Shown here: positions 36,590-50,126 of the stretch, in pieces
Layout: each line of letters begins with the position of its first letter
Numbering within the stretch: the first letter of the stretch is position 1
NCBI GenBank assembly: GCA_038496445.1
Contig: JALMLS010000216.1
Coordinates: 124,001-188,000, forward strand
Direction: 5' to 3'
Source: Trichosphaerium sp. ATCC 40318
Taxonomy: Eukaryota; Protista; Tubulinea
Length of the DNA stretch: 64,000 nucleotides
The notes under the pieces: generated by a model
Database searches by the model: none
Told to the model about the DNA's origin: nothing
What the model saw: the letters and a program-made list of their open reading frames with translations, nothing else
Made by a program: the position numbers and the translations under genes

Positions 36590-39500
36590 ATGAGCGCTTG
36601 GGCACAAGGATCATTCTTATTGTATGGACTAAAGTTCTTTACAAAGTCTAGCTTCGAGAAATCAGCAAAATCTAAAAAATGGGAGGATTTACATCAAAAA
36701 GACCTCAAAGGGTTTTCTATCATTGTGACAGGAGGTAACAAGCGATTTACTGCTAGTTTAGTATACTAATCTATTACTAGCCAATGCCGGCTTGGGTTAC
36801 TCATCCAGTATGTACTTTGCAGAGCGTGGAGCAACGTTACACATGGTACGGAGCGTTTTAAAAGACTAGCAACTAATTTTTTTTAACAAGCTGTGTCGAA
36901 GCCCTGAACGTGGTGGAAAAGCGCAAGACGCCATCAAAGAAGCATCTGGTAATGATAATGTTCATTTACACATCTGCGATCTTTCAAAACAAACAGACAT
37001 TCACAAATTCGTCAAGAAGTTCATCACTGATGGTCACAGCGTAGATGTTTTGGTGAGTAGCTTAAAAAACCGTTACAGCGTAAATTGACACTGGGTAGGT
37101 GAATAACGCTGGTGTTTTACTACAAAAACGAACTGAGACTGAAGAAGGCATTGAGACTACTCTAGCCGTTAATACAGTGTCCACATACTTGCTCACATAT
37201 CTCCTCTTGCCAGTTCTTATTAAAAGCAAACGTCCTAGAGTCGTCATTGTATCATCAGGTACTCTAATCTTAAACCATTTTATTAAAAAAAAAGAACAAG
37301 CAAATCTTTAAATGAGTTCTTTCGCTTATACAGTTAGGTGGCGCTTTAACGCAAGGTCTCGATATAAGAGATAACTATGAAGATAAAAAATGGACAGGAA
37401 TGGCATCTGTACGTATTTATTAGAGCCCGCAAACCAAAAAAAATGCTAACAACATTAGTATGCCAAAACAAAACGTCAACAAATTTGTTTGACTGAGAGG
37501 TTTGATGAGATGTTTGGTGACCTTGGTATCGGATTTTACGCTTGTCATCCTGGTTGGGCAGCTACTCCTGGTGTCATTTCATCCATCCCTGAGTTCTATG
37601 GAAAGTTGAAGGTAATTAAATGAACTACAGTTGGTTTTTTGAACAATGTCTTACCAATCCTTTTAGAAAAAGTTTAGAACCCAAGAGCAAGGCGCAGATA
37701 TTATCTGCTGGTTAGCTGTTACAGATAATTTGTCAAGCAAACAGAGCGGATTATTCTTCAGGTAAAGACCTTGAAGTCAATATTTTAGTATTTAATTTCT
37801 TCTTCTGACGTTCTTTTTTCAGAGATCGCAAAAAGGAGCTTAAAGATTTCTGTATTTCAAGCACCCCTTATACTAAAAAAGAAGCCCTTGACTTCTGGGC
37901 ATGGTGTGGTGAGCTAACAAAATACCCTGGCACTGAGAAACTATCCATCATGGCCGTAAGTATATTTTATTCAACTCATTTTGGTTTTTTCCATTTTGAC
38001 ATGTGTCACTTGACGTTGCCACCAAAAATCATTTTGACGTAATTTTTAGGACCTCCAAAAGAGACAAAACTCTGCTAAGGAGACTCGTAAACTTGCTATG
38101 AAGATGAAAAGTACTGTTACTGTAAAATCTCACGGTGGTTTTACAGGCAATAAGTTCCCTAATACATTCACTGGTACGTCTTTTACTTGCTTTTTGTTTT
38201 AAATACATCGCTTGTGATGAGAAAATCAGTGACACGAAGCTCGAAAGAGCATCATGTGGAACTTGTTTGATATCTGAAGCATGTAATTTTACATGAGAAA
38301 AAAAAAGTGGAAAGCTTTTGAAGTATTTCGTTCTGTGACTTACATGTCCTTAAAGGAAAGGAAGCAATCGATTTCATTGTTTCTGATTGTGGACTAAGCC
38401 GTGAGATGGCAATTAAGAGAGCTGAGGACTTGCGTGTTGAAGGTTTCTTTGCAAATATTGAAGACGCAACCAAACCTGTAACAGATAGCGCAAAGGACTT
38501 TTATGCATTCTATAATGTTCCAACAAGTGCTGATATTAAAGAACGTGTATCTGACGAATGGGTAAAGAATATGGTTGATAGATTAGATGTTGATGTACGC
38601 ACAAGCCACGCCCAAAGAGTGTTGTACAGATTCTTACTTTTTTCCTTCTTTTTAGAATATCTCTGGTAAATGGACACCAAAAGGAAAAGAACAAACTGAA
38701 TACCAAGTCTACGTACAAGATGAGCCTGGAACAGCATTGAAAGTATTCAAATGTGTATTACCATTACCAAATGTATCTGGAGAGTCTGTTGTGAATCTCT
38801 TGCACTCAGAGATGATTGAGAGACATGCAGAGTGGAATAAGACTTATATTTCTGGATTTATCGCTAAAAAAGTATCTGATCATGTTAATGTCCAATACTG
38901 GGCCTACAAAGTAGCGTAAGTAGAAATCGAGAGTTTTATTTTAGCGTTCTATTTTTCTTGGTTTTTTCTTGTTAATTTGCTTTTAGTGTACCTGGTGTAT
39001 CCAACAGAGACTTTGCTGTTGCACGCCGTCTTATTATCAAAGAAGATGGTACAATCATTATCGTTGATAGATCCATCGATGCGTATGTAGTCCGTTTTTG
39101 TTGAAAAAACTCTGAATTGATATAACCTTTTACTTGCTTACCTTGTTCGTTTTAGTATCCCACCCAAAAAAGGATTCGTCCGTTGTAACCTATCATTCAA
39201 TGTTAGATATTTCAAACCTCTCGAAGACTCTAAGGGTTACACTTTTTACTACATGAACTTGACTGATCTAATGGTACACGTTGTAACTTTTTTTTTTATT
39301 ACGTTCTCCAAAGTCTCTTTCTGACTCAATTGTTAAAGGGATCTCTTCCAAAATCATTAAGTAACGCAGCTAATGCCGGTGTATCCATCAAAGAGATGAA
39401 AGAAGTTAGGGTACGTGATGACAGTGAATATTTAAAATTTTATTGCTTTGTATTCATTTTTTGCTATTAGGAGATTTGCCAAGAAGATACACGCTATAAT

Positions 39501-39665
39501 GAGGAAGAAGATGAATCTCTTGTTGATATGCTATCATCTGAAAGTACAGAAGAAGTTGCCCCTAGAAAGAAAAAATCTAGTCCTAAAGAAGATGAGGAAC
39601 CAAAGGAGGTAAAAAAGGAAGATGACACCAAAAAATCTGATACAGAAGAAAAAGATGAGGCCTAA
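36590..39665 (+). CDS. DHRS12-like short-chain dehydrogenase fused to DEP and START domains; multi-exon
   Basis: SDR: IVTGANAGLG, LVNNAG, YAKTK, HPGWAATPG. DEP: FPNTFTGKEAIDFI..SREMAIKRAEDL..GFF. START: EWNKTY, GVSNRDF, PPKKGFVR, TDLMGSLP. No stop codon between domains after splicing. Confidence 0.85.
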
Positions 39666-39981
39666 GCATACAAAGTTAGTGCTTTTCAACACGTGTAAAT
39701 AAACTGGTTTCATCGTGAACACAGTTCTATGCTCGCTTATAAGAACACTGTTTTCAAGGCGTGGAACAACAAAGCAAAGAATTTGAAATAGAACTGTTTT
39801 TTTTACAAATTGTTTCATCAATTCAAAAAAGTACAGCTTCTTCCATTTATTTACTTAACCCAGCTTCTACATTCGCAACAAATTGACGCGTTATCTTGAA
39901 ACGAAAAGTACGTAATAAAGTTGATAAAAATTGCTGGGTTTGGAATCTTTTAGCGCGTGTAATTTAAACCGTAAATACATC

Positions 39982-40974
39982 ATGGAAAAGCTCCAGAAAG
40001 CTTCTGGCATGCCATTCTACACTATGATGCTGTGGCATTTTGTATCTCTACTCGCAAGCTCAATCTTCATCGTACGTGTAGTATTACGTATTATTGAGTG
40101 AATGACGCTCGTTTAACTACAAAGCGCGAATAATACGCATTAATTCGGGATAATTCGCGTTCAAATTGCTCCGAGAACGTAGTAAACCTCCTTACGCTTA
40201 AACAACTGTTTCCTACCTCTTCTCATGATTGGTTTTTGTAGTCATGGGCTTTACAACACGTACCGCCATTAGCGTCGATGGGTGCATTCAATGTGTTAAC
40301 TATAGTGTCAACTGGTTTCGATCTACTGTTTTTCGGTTGGATCTACCTAGAAGACTACTATTGGCTTACAAATAGCGAACGTACGCATACAAGTATAAAA
40401 GTGGCTATTTTGTCCCAACATTTAAACAACGCTGTTGCAGCTTGCTTAAAAGTACACGCCTGTGAACAAACAAAATATATACGCGCAAATATAACCTCTA
40501 AACGCCATACAAGCCTTTTTGAAAAGAAAAAAAAACAAATTTTTTTGGAATTTGTCTTGTTTGTGTTCTCACTTCTCCACAGAGCCTGGCCGCTCTTCGA
40601 TTACAAAATTGCTCCTTTCTCTGGCATTCTTAACAAAAGCAATCATGTCAAGTTGGTATTGGACAAAGGTTATGACACTACATAATGATTTGAACGAACT
40701 CATGTAAGCTTGAAACAAAAGCCATTTGGTGCTTTTTTTTTTTGAACAAGATATTAACTTTATGGTTTCAGATTACCTGGTACACCTTCAGTGTTGATAA
40801 ACTACTTATACACAGCATCAACTATAATGGTGCTTATTGAGGTTTTAAGTATCAGTCACTGGACGACGTACGTTCCGTAGTTTAATCTAAACGGTCTCCT
40901 AGATTTTTGATATTTTCTCCCTCGTACGATGCTTATATTTTACTAGTACCAAGAAGTCGTACAAGAGAGATTGA
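39982..40974 (+). CDS. Hypothetical small multi-pass membrane protein; 5 exons
   Basis: An open spliced frame using GT-AG introns gives about four hydrophobic segments. Confidence 0.65.
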
Positions 40975-41088
40975 GAATTACCTAGCTGCATTTTTTATTA
41001 TAACAACACTCAACAATCCGCTTTCTCTGAGAGAAGATAATAAACAAGTAAAAAAAAATCAAGCGCTGTAGTTTTTTCCCAGTTACCA

Positions 41089-43852
41089 TTATAATCGTCC
41101 GTTGGAAGCAAGACTCAGAGGCCTTGTCGATGGGTACAACTGGGATAAATTTTGTAGTCTAGACATAGAGATGAAGTCAATTTGTTTTATGATACACTTA
41201 TTTTTTTTACAGGTTTTGTTGGCATTATTTTTTTTCTTTCAGAATGTTTTTTTGTTTATGTAGGGGAAAATGGAAATCAGGGTTAGGTAAGAACGAGTCA
41301 CCAACAAATGTGAAGCTGATAACATGTGTTGTCAAGAAATCACGCAATCCTTTTCCATTCTTATCTTGCTTACAATAATGACTAGACAGAAAGTTAACAC
41401 GAACTTTAGAAATGAAAAGAAAAGTTCAAGTTGAGTCGTACTCTCTGAAATAGTCATTGGACACAATACAACCTTCTATATCCATAGCGTGTTGTATCAT
41501 ATAAGAGTCATCATAATCTTTTGAAGGAGTCAGAATAAGCTCTCCTTTAGATACAAGTGACTGAAGAAAAGCTAAAAAAAACCAACAAGTCAGCTAACAA
41601 AAATAGAACAAAACCAAAACTACATACGCTTGTGATCAACTTGGTTACCCTTCCAACTTCCAGACACTAAATACAAAATGTGAATCACAGTATCAATAAG
41701 AAAGTAAATCGTAATGACAAAGGCAACAAACATACATAGGTAATTCTCAGGAAGAAAAGTGATAACCTCGTGTCCTTTTTTTGAGTAATAGTTTATAACA
41801 TGCTTAATACCCATAGTAGAGAATGTACTATTCCCATGTTTCATAGCAACATTAGCTCCATCCAATATAATCTTAGGTAAATAAACAGGCTCTTTATCTT
41901 TGCCAACATTTTTCTCAACATCTCCGTCTGTTGAAGTACCAGAAACAACTGGAATTCCTCCTGCATGTCCTTCTCCTTTTCCTTCTTTGTTATTTAGAGG
42001 TGAATAGTTCAATATGAACTTATCATGTTCCCAAAACTTTTTAGAACTACTTGAATGTCTCTGTCTCTTAAAATACGCTGGCGATCTTTCTCTATTACTG
42101 TTACCTCCATTTTTCCTTTTTTTCAATGGTAAACCTGTTGTTGACTTGACACTTGGCAACTTTGATACTTTGTTTTGTATTTTGTAGTCAGTACAAGTTC
42201 TTAAGTACTCTGATAGTTTTGGTAATCCATGTTGTTGTAATGCGTCATTCGCTGATTTACCCAATGTGTTTTTAAAGGCAGTACTAAGATCTACAATATC
42301 TGAATATTGTCCACTTGAAATAAGGCTTTGAATTGTTTCAATAACTTGTTCTTTTGTTACTAATTCTTCTTCTGTAATTGATTCTTCATCTTCTTCATCA
42401 ATGTTAACTACGTCGCTTGATTTTTTGTCTTTGGGTTGTTTTTTAAGTAATTTGTTAGCTTGTTGCTTTTGTAGTTGTGTTATCGATGTTGGTGCTACTT
42501 TTTGTTTCTTTGATGTCATAAGAGAAAATTGTTTTTGATGTTTTTTGTTTTTGGTATTGACACGATCAAGAGGGTTAGGTGATTCTTCGAAAGGCATAAC
42601 GTCTGGATCAGCAACACCTTTAGGAAGTGGCATAGATTCATTAAAGTACGTCAACCCTTCTTGCTTTATAAATTTTGACTTGACATGGTTAGATTCTAAT
42701 AGTTGTATTAGCTGATGAGCGTGCTTCGCAATTGCACAAATAAAAATGTGTACGTTTTGGTAACTCATCTCTCTTAATGACAACTTTTTTGATTAGGTTT
42801 ATATCAGATGGAAGTGTCAAATTATCAAACGTGATGCCATAACACTAGAAAAAGTCTATGAGTACTATTTTGTTAAAAATCAAGTGATTATTGTGTTCGA
42901 AGAACGCACAAATAGGACTTCTCTGTGTTGTTCAAATACATCTTGAAGCCCAGGTTGTGGAGGAAGAAATGCAGCAAGTCCATGAGGGTCAGGTATAAAC
43001 TCTTCAGGAGGATAGTAATCTGTGTAAATATCCATATCTTGAGTTTCGTTGTATGCACCATAGTCATAATTTTGTTCAGAGTAATCATCGTGTGGGTACT
43101 CTTGATATTCTTGTTCGGGGTAATAACCTTCTTGATATTCATGATGCTTTGGTGGCGCGGGTTGTTCCATTATACAACAAACCATAGCTGGTTGCGGATT
43201 TTGAAAAACGAAGTTTGAATCGTTGTAGAAATTTTCGCCTTCTGGATTGGTATTGGTATGCGTTTCATCACGTGCGTTATTGTTTATGTGTTTTTTGTTA
43301 ATATTTGGAGGTACTGAAATATTTTCGTTTGTATTGTAGCCCTGGGATTGAGACGAAAGAGAAGCGTAGCTCTGCGTTGGAGCAATATTTTGGAAATGTT
43401 TTTCAACCGCTTTTTTTTCTTCGCGTTGGTTTTTGTAAATGTCTCCCAGAGAACGAATAGTTATGTTTTTTGTAATTGGTGCAGCCGCTTTAGAGTCTAC
43501 AAGTTGAGGAGCTCTAAATATTTTGTTAGCGCGTAATGGCAGCTCAATGTTTGTTGATGGTTTCAAATGGTTAAAGGATTGGAGTTAGATGAGTGGTTGG
43601 TTTGTTAGAATTGATTTTTTGTAGAATTGTGTAGATTGCCCGAAATTAACGCTCTTTAACGTAGTGGAGCGTTGTAAATGCGTGACAAAGCGCGTATAGG
43701 TAAATGTGGTATTTTCTAGCAATTTCTAACAAAACTCACCTATAGCATGCTAAAAGGAGTTAACATAACCAAGTAGAACGTCACGTACGCGTTTCAGGAT
43801 CGACAGCTACATGCGTCAATTCTGAGCTTGTTCCGCCACTAAATCCTTCCAT
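41089..43852 (-). CDS. Zc3h12a/N4BP1-type NYN (PIN-like) ribonuclease with LOTUS-like region; multi-exon
   Basis: IILDGANVAMKHG, DYDDSYMIQHA, CIVSNDYFRD, ISFTFVGDSFLPNPDF. Confidence 0.85.
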
Positions 43853-44036
43853 TGAGCACCTGAAATACTATTGAATCAACGGCGGGTTGTATAAGGCACT
43901 ATAAACATATAAAGAATGTGAGCTATGGTTGGTTTTGGCAATCAAATCGCCGGCAAAAATTCCACCAAAAACGGCTTGTTTTTTTAGTGAATAAGTTCAA
44001 ATCAACTAAAATCTCTCAAAAACCATAAAACACAAC

Positions 44037-45037
44037 ATGGCAAAGGAGATAAAGCGAGAGACGTTACACTCTACAAAATGGGTTAAGCTCACGCAGATAA
44101 CATACCAAGACAGCAACAAAGTTGAACGGGTGCGGTTGCTACACGATAGCACAGTCCTAAATGAATATTTGTAGAAATGGGATCTCATTGAACGTGCCAC
44201 ACGCGTAGGAGACGTAGATGGTATTTTTTTGATTACCAGAGCGTATACTAACTATATTTTTAAGCCGTTGAGGTTTTGGCCCAAATTGTAGAACCAAACA
44301 AGCCAACAGAGATCATTTTGGTTTCTCAGTATCGCCCACCATTAGGCTGTGTTTGTCTCGAGTTTCCAGCAGGTTCGTTTAACAATTTTGAACTCATTGA
44401 GTGCTTAAAAACTTCCAGGACTTGTTGATGAAGGAGAGAGCGCGGAGACTGCTGCATTGCGTGAACTCAAAGAGGTTAAAGCCATTCATGAAGGTCAAAA
44501 GATACTAAACAGAATAGGAAACAGGTTATATTGGAAAAGTAAAGCACTCTTCAATTCTAAGCGCATATGAGCCAGGTACGTTTTATATAACACACAGTTG
44601 GAGTAACTGTATTCTTTAGGGCTTACAAGTGCAACATTTAAGTTTGTTCACGTGACGGTACAGTACTTTCAAGAAAGAATTTCCGTAATTTTATTACTAG
44701 GTTGATAAAACGCTTGAAGAGAACAAACATCCCGTGCAAGAGCTAGAGGTGCGTAGTAGTATTTAAATAAATACAATTTAACCTTCTTACGCTTCAGGAC
44801 ACTGAGGATATTATCGTACACGTCGTGCCACTAGCCAAACTTTACCCGCATATTACAGGTTTGTAAATTTTTTTCATTTATTTTTTTTAGTCAACGGCTG
44901 TTCACTCTACGGAGTACTTTTCGAATATTGTGTTTATTTTCATTGTAGATTTATGCGCTAAAAATAAATGGATGATGGACGGAAAGTTGTATACTTTTGC
45001 TTACAGTCTGCAAGCTGCTCAAGAAATGTTGAAGTAA
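44037..45037 (+). CDS. NUDT5: ADP-ribose/ADP-sugar pyrophosphatase (Nudix); multi-exon
   Basis: [39 protein letters not shown] Nudix box; MDGKLYTFA. Confidence 0.92.
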
Positions 45038-45167
45038 TGAATAAGTAGATAAAGTATCTTTGCTAGAAAGTAGTCTTCAGTTGCGTGGCCCTAGCCATTC
45101 TATACCCAACTCTTCAATTGCCTCTGTTGTAATCTTAGCAGAATGGAGTGTTCGGATTGTTTTGAGA

Positions 45168-45893
45168 TTAACAAAAAAGAAGTGAGAGACTTTCAAGATT
45201 GACCAATTGTTTCAAACTTGAGTTGGTTATGTTCTGACAACCTAGCAATGATAGGTGTTTGACGTTTATCAATGATTTGATTCCATCATCTGTCAATGAT
45301 GGTCCATGATATATATGAAGTGTATGTGTATTACCAAGGTATTTGAGCCATGAATCTAGCGGCCAACTTATTTTAATAGTGTGCACTTGTTGTAGTGCTT
45401 TTATCCCTTCAACAGTAATGTTATTACACCCAAAAAGGTTAATTGTGTGGACATTAGCAAGAGCCTTCAATGAAACATCAGATATGTCTGATGAGCTAAT
45501 GTCAATAGAATGAAGGCAGTGTTTACCTCCTTGGCATAAGGTAAGAATGATATCATCAGTTACATTTAAGTGTGATAGATCTAAAGTGTGTACACCAGAA
45601 AGGATAATTAAGTCATTCATTGATACCTTTCCCCTTTTATCACGAACAACTATTGAAGTATTTTTAAGCAAAGGACTGCCTTTAATGACATCAAAGTCTG
45701 ATGATTTTCTTAATTCTATTGATGTAAACCCAATATTGTATCTAATGATATTATTGAACACGTGAGATACTGCTGAAGTTGATATTAGCTCCTCTCTTGT
45801 TAAATTACGTAAAATATATGTTAATATCTCTGGTGGGCACTCAATGAGAGAACAAACACGTGTTATAACCTTTGGCAACTCATGAGCACACAT
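45168..45893 (-). CDS. F-box + LRR protein, paralog 3 (C-terminally frameshifted)
   Basis: ECPPEILTYILRNL F-box; LSGVHTLDLS and LANVHTINLFGC repeats. LRR-like sequence continues in another frame to ~45077. Confidence 0.8.
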   Translation of the reverse strand: MCAHELPKVITRVCSLIECPPEILTYILRNLTREELISTSAVSHVFNNIIRYNIGFTSIELRKSSDFDVIKGSPLLKNTSIVVRDKRGKVSMNDLIILSGVHTLDLSHLNVTDDIILTLCQGGKHCLHSIDISSSDISDVSLKALANVHTINLFGCNNITVEGIKALQQVHTIKISWPLDSWLKYLGNTHTLHIYHGPSLTDDGIKSLINVKHLSLLGCQNITNSSLKQLVNLESLSLLFC

Positions 45894-46068
45894 GTTGTTT
45901 TGTTACGCTAAGGTATTGTAACTCGGGTTTTAAGATTGAAGAGGTTCCAATAGACTAACGCCAAGTTGTTCACTATTGGTTGTCAAACTTATTCTCACAA
46001 CCGTTTTTCTTCAGATTGATTAACTCTCGGAATAACTACAACAACAATAGCGTTTACAGCCTGTATTA

Positions 46069-46950
46069 ATGTCAAAACGCCACCCAGATACTGCAGATGA
46101 AAGGTATAACACATTATCGCTCTTTTAACTAGTCTAACAACACAGCAGTGCCGAATTAAGCATTTTGGACTTGCCTACAGAGATTGTAGCTCATATTTTA
46201 CTATTTACAACAAAAGCACGTTTTGCAGCTTGTCAATCGTGTCAGTGCCTTGCTGCTATCATTCACGACGTTATTGGCTATGATCATGTCATAATTTCAA
46301 GTGTAGATGAAGTAAAAGCGCTGTTAAAACATTCTAGTGCTCTCCAACAAACAAAAATAAGGATCCAAAGTGACTCTCCAGACAGTATTGTCAAAGAATT
46401 GGCTGGCGTTCATACCATAGACTTAGATGGAACGCCAGTCACAGACAAGGGCATTTCAGTATTGGCTGGTGTTCATACTATACACTTAGGTGGAACGTTA
46501 GTCACAGACAAAGGCATTTCAGCATTGGTTGGTGTTCATACCATATACTTAACTTCAACCTCAGTCACAGACAAAGGTATTTCATCATTAGTTGGAGTTC
46601 ATACGATTGGTATTAGCTATTGTTACAATATTACAGATGAAGGTGTTAAATCACTCAAAGGTGTTCATACTATAGACTTATCTGCAACATCGGTTACAGA
46701 TATAGGCATTTCAGCGTTATCTGGTGTTCATACAATACATCTTGAGTATTGTGATTATATCACAGATGAAGGCATCAAAGCGCTTTCTGGTGTTCATACA
46801 ATTGATATTGGCTATTGTGATAGCATTACAGATGAAGGTCTCAAAGCGCTTTCTGGTGTTCATACAATTGATATTAGCCATTGTTGTGGTGTCACAGAAG
46901 AAGGTATTAAGGCGCTTTCTGGTGTACATACGATCAAACGTTACAATTAG
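46069..46950 (+). CDS. F-box + LRR protein, paralog 4
   Basis: First exon MSKRHPDTADES, one GT-AG intron, then DLPTEIVAHILLF and 9 GVHTI repeats. Confidence 0.9.
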
Positions 46951-47364
46951 ATATCTAGGAACTAAGCAACGTGAGCTAATTCCAAGCACAATCTTCGTAA
47001 AACAAACACAAAAAACCATACAATAAAAGCTGTTGCAATGTTCTTAAATAATACTACGAGAAACGTCTACGCAAATATGGTTTAACTTGTCGTATGCTGT
47101 GTAAGCCTTTAGTTTACAAAAACATGACTTTTTGTCGGTGAAGTTTCTATCTTGTCTGAAGTTAATCACGTGCCACGGGAAGTTTATAACAGGAAAATTC
47201 TGGTCTAGCAAATGCTTGAGTATAATTAAGCTTTTGAGACCTCAATATCTATTAATTAGCGGGTGACGTTTAAACAAAAAGTCAACTTTGTTAAAAATCA
47301 TTTAAATTAAGTAAGACTTGTCACCGCTGCTCACGGTTATTTTTTAATATCTAAAATAACCATC

Positions 47365-47989
47365 ATGGCATACCCCTCTTATAACGACGGTATGTTTAAC
47401 GCTCAAAACTACACAACACGTTAAACCCAAGTAAAACGACATAATATCAGTTTACCTGGTGTGGTTATTATTTTTCACGTGGTTTTAAAGCCTAACACAC
47501 GTGTTGTCATTCAGGTTTTTTTTTTCTTTTGGCTCCTGACTGAGTTTTCTCATAGACCCAGCCGAAGATAGTTACAACGTTGGCGCAACCGGAGAGCAAC
47601 TACGAAGAACTGTTATCAAACCTGTCATTCGCGATGCGGTTTGCCATTCACTTCTCTCAGACCAAAATAGTAAGTTACCACCTTGTTTCTTCCATAACAG
47701 ACTCACATAACACAGACAATCTATTGCCTTCAGAAGTAGAAAGCGCCATAGATACAGCTGCCAAACAGTTTTACGAGGTGGCTATCGAACTGGGGTCCGA
47801 GTACGGACTTTGTAACCCGTTTTAGTTTACGCTTACTTTTTGCTACTTCTTAGGCAAGATATTGCTGACTTCTGCAAAGCACACGAGTGTATCTTGGCTG
47901 ATCTTGCTAAGTTAGAAGATGATTTACTTAGAAGCGCAACTGCGTTCAAAGAGGATTATTGCGCGAAATTGAAGAGGAACAATAACTGA
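47365..47989 (+). CDS. Hypothetical protein (~125 aa); 4 exons
   Basis: Open spliced frame MAYPSYNDDPAEDSY...KLKRNNN* with canonical GT-AG introns. Confidence 0.65.
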
Positions 47990-48113
47990 ATAGTTGTAAT
48001 AAACTTACCCTTTTTTTTCTTTTTTTTTTGAACTAAAATTACCGGTTTTTGTACTTCGTTTATCATAAGTACACGTGCTTGACGGTTTTGTAACTATTGT
48101 ACAACTTTGTTAT

Positions 48114-50126
48114 CTACAGCCATAGGTGCCATAAATAACTAGATCCACTCCCAAGTAGCAAACCAAATAGTAGTGAGAACGCCTAGAGAAATTTGTTAGT
48201 CAGTCGCTGCAAAAAAGAAAGAAGCTGTTACCCCAAATAATGCGGCTGTTTCTCGCTCGTGGTGGTCTACATAACCCGGAATAGCAGTCATTAGGTAAGC
48301 TATATTGGTTTCAATACGTGATGTTCATTTTCAGATACGTACAACCACAGTATGCTGAGGATAACCCAAAGGAGACTAAAAACAAACCAGGAACAGAATA
48401 ATTTGAAAAGTATCTAGAGTAGGGATAAGCGTAATTTCCATGCGATTCCAATTGTACCTAGGTTTTACACAAAATATGAACAAAGGATAGAATATAACTT
48501 TAGCGAATGTAACAACGTAGACAACACTAAAATAAAAAAAGTTCTGTCAGTTCAAACGTTGTGTTGTTTTTGATTGAAATTTTTTTTGATGTACTTGATG
48601 TGAACGAAAATATATCTCGGCGACATCTTGCCAATAGTATCACATAAATTGAAAATAAACTAATGATAATGTTGTTAACAATTGAAGAACGGGATACAAA
48701 GTTTGAAGAAAGCCTTACGAAGAACATTATAGTCATCCAAGATTCATTTTGTTCTCGATCTTCTTTTGTTTCAATCTCACCTATTTTAGTGATAAGGATG
48801 GATATTAGCTTGTAACAACTTACTTATAAGTCCAGGGAATATAGAAAGGACAACAAAGAAATTAAAAGACAATGTAATACATGGGAATAATATCCTCTTT
48901 ACAATCGATAAATAATTCAACCTAGAAGTTACATTCGCTCTCCAATCTTTTACAAATCACGTGAGTTAAGAGATGCAAATTTAAAGTTCGTAAACATACC
49001 TTCATCTGCCTTGTCCAAATTATCCGATCCATTTTTAGTTGCCTTTGTGCTTTCTTCAGAAGGACTAACATCTTGTACAGGCTGTAAAAAAAGTGTCAAC
49101 GCAAACCACGCTCAGTAATTATTGGAAATACGTACAATGTTTGCTTTTGATAGAATATCTGCATAGTGTCTGTAGTACGCAGTGCGTTTAGATATAATAA
49201 AGCACACAAGTGCAATCACTTTTGAAAAGTAAGCAACAAAACCTCTTGGTTGTCACGTGCCTTGAAGTAATGCAGCCATACAAAAGAAGCCAACAGTAGT
49301 TTGAAATATATCTATACTCCAATAGTTAGTACAAAAAAGGATCGTGTAGTTATACGTTGTTCATATACCTCTTCTTGTTAGCTTTGTTCCTATACGCATG
49401 AAAGAGATGAACAACGCAGATAAACCATTCCTGAAAAGTAATCAGATTTTTCTTGACAGGTGTCGTTGTACCCAGTTTGTACTGCTATTATATAGCCATC
49501 TGGGAACATTGAGGCCATACCATACACACCAATAGTAATAAGAGCCTCGGCGAATGCGCTGAATACACATACACCGATAACAAACCAATAGTATGCTCTC
49601 TCTGTTCACAGTAAGAGTGAATAATAAAAAATAGTAAAATTAGGTTTTGAATAGTCCGACAAACGTGCCTTCTATAAACTTTTCTGCCACTGGCATAGCT
49701 ATCATAGTGACTATGTAGACAGCCAAGGAAGGTACCACACGCCAAAACACGGGTATTTTTTGGCCGTAAAGTACTGCAAACAGCATAGCTATCGTGTTTG
49801 GAAGTAAATACGCCAAGGTAACATCTGACAAGCGTTAAATAAGTTGTTTCATGCTTGTTGTACCAAATTCTATTTTTTCGCCTGGGAAACGATCCTCTAG
49901 GAAGTCTATGCTGTTTATAATAGCATTCCAAGGCGATAATTGTGCTATTCCCAACAAAACTAGTGTAATGTACACAAAAATAAACTAAATCAGTTGTAAA
50001 CGTTATTAACGCTTTATAAACGCTATATGTCACCTTATCCTTTGGCGGTGATGCTTTATCTGTGTTATTTAATTCTGCAACCTCATCACACGAGAGCAAC
50101 ACCACTTCACTATCGCTTGTGAGCAT
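48114..50126 (-). CDS. Equilibrative nucleoside transporter (SLC29/ENT); multi-exon
   Basis: PPKDKFIFVYITLVLLGIAQLSPWNAII; hydrophobic exons; FLVSFGLSSAY. N-terminal acidic dileucine DSEVVLL. Confidence 0.85.
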
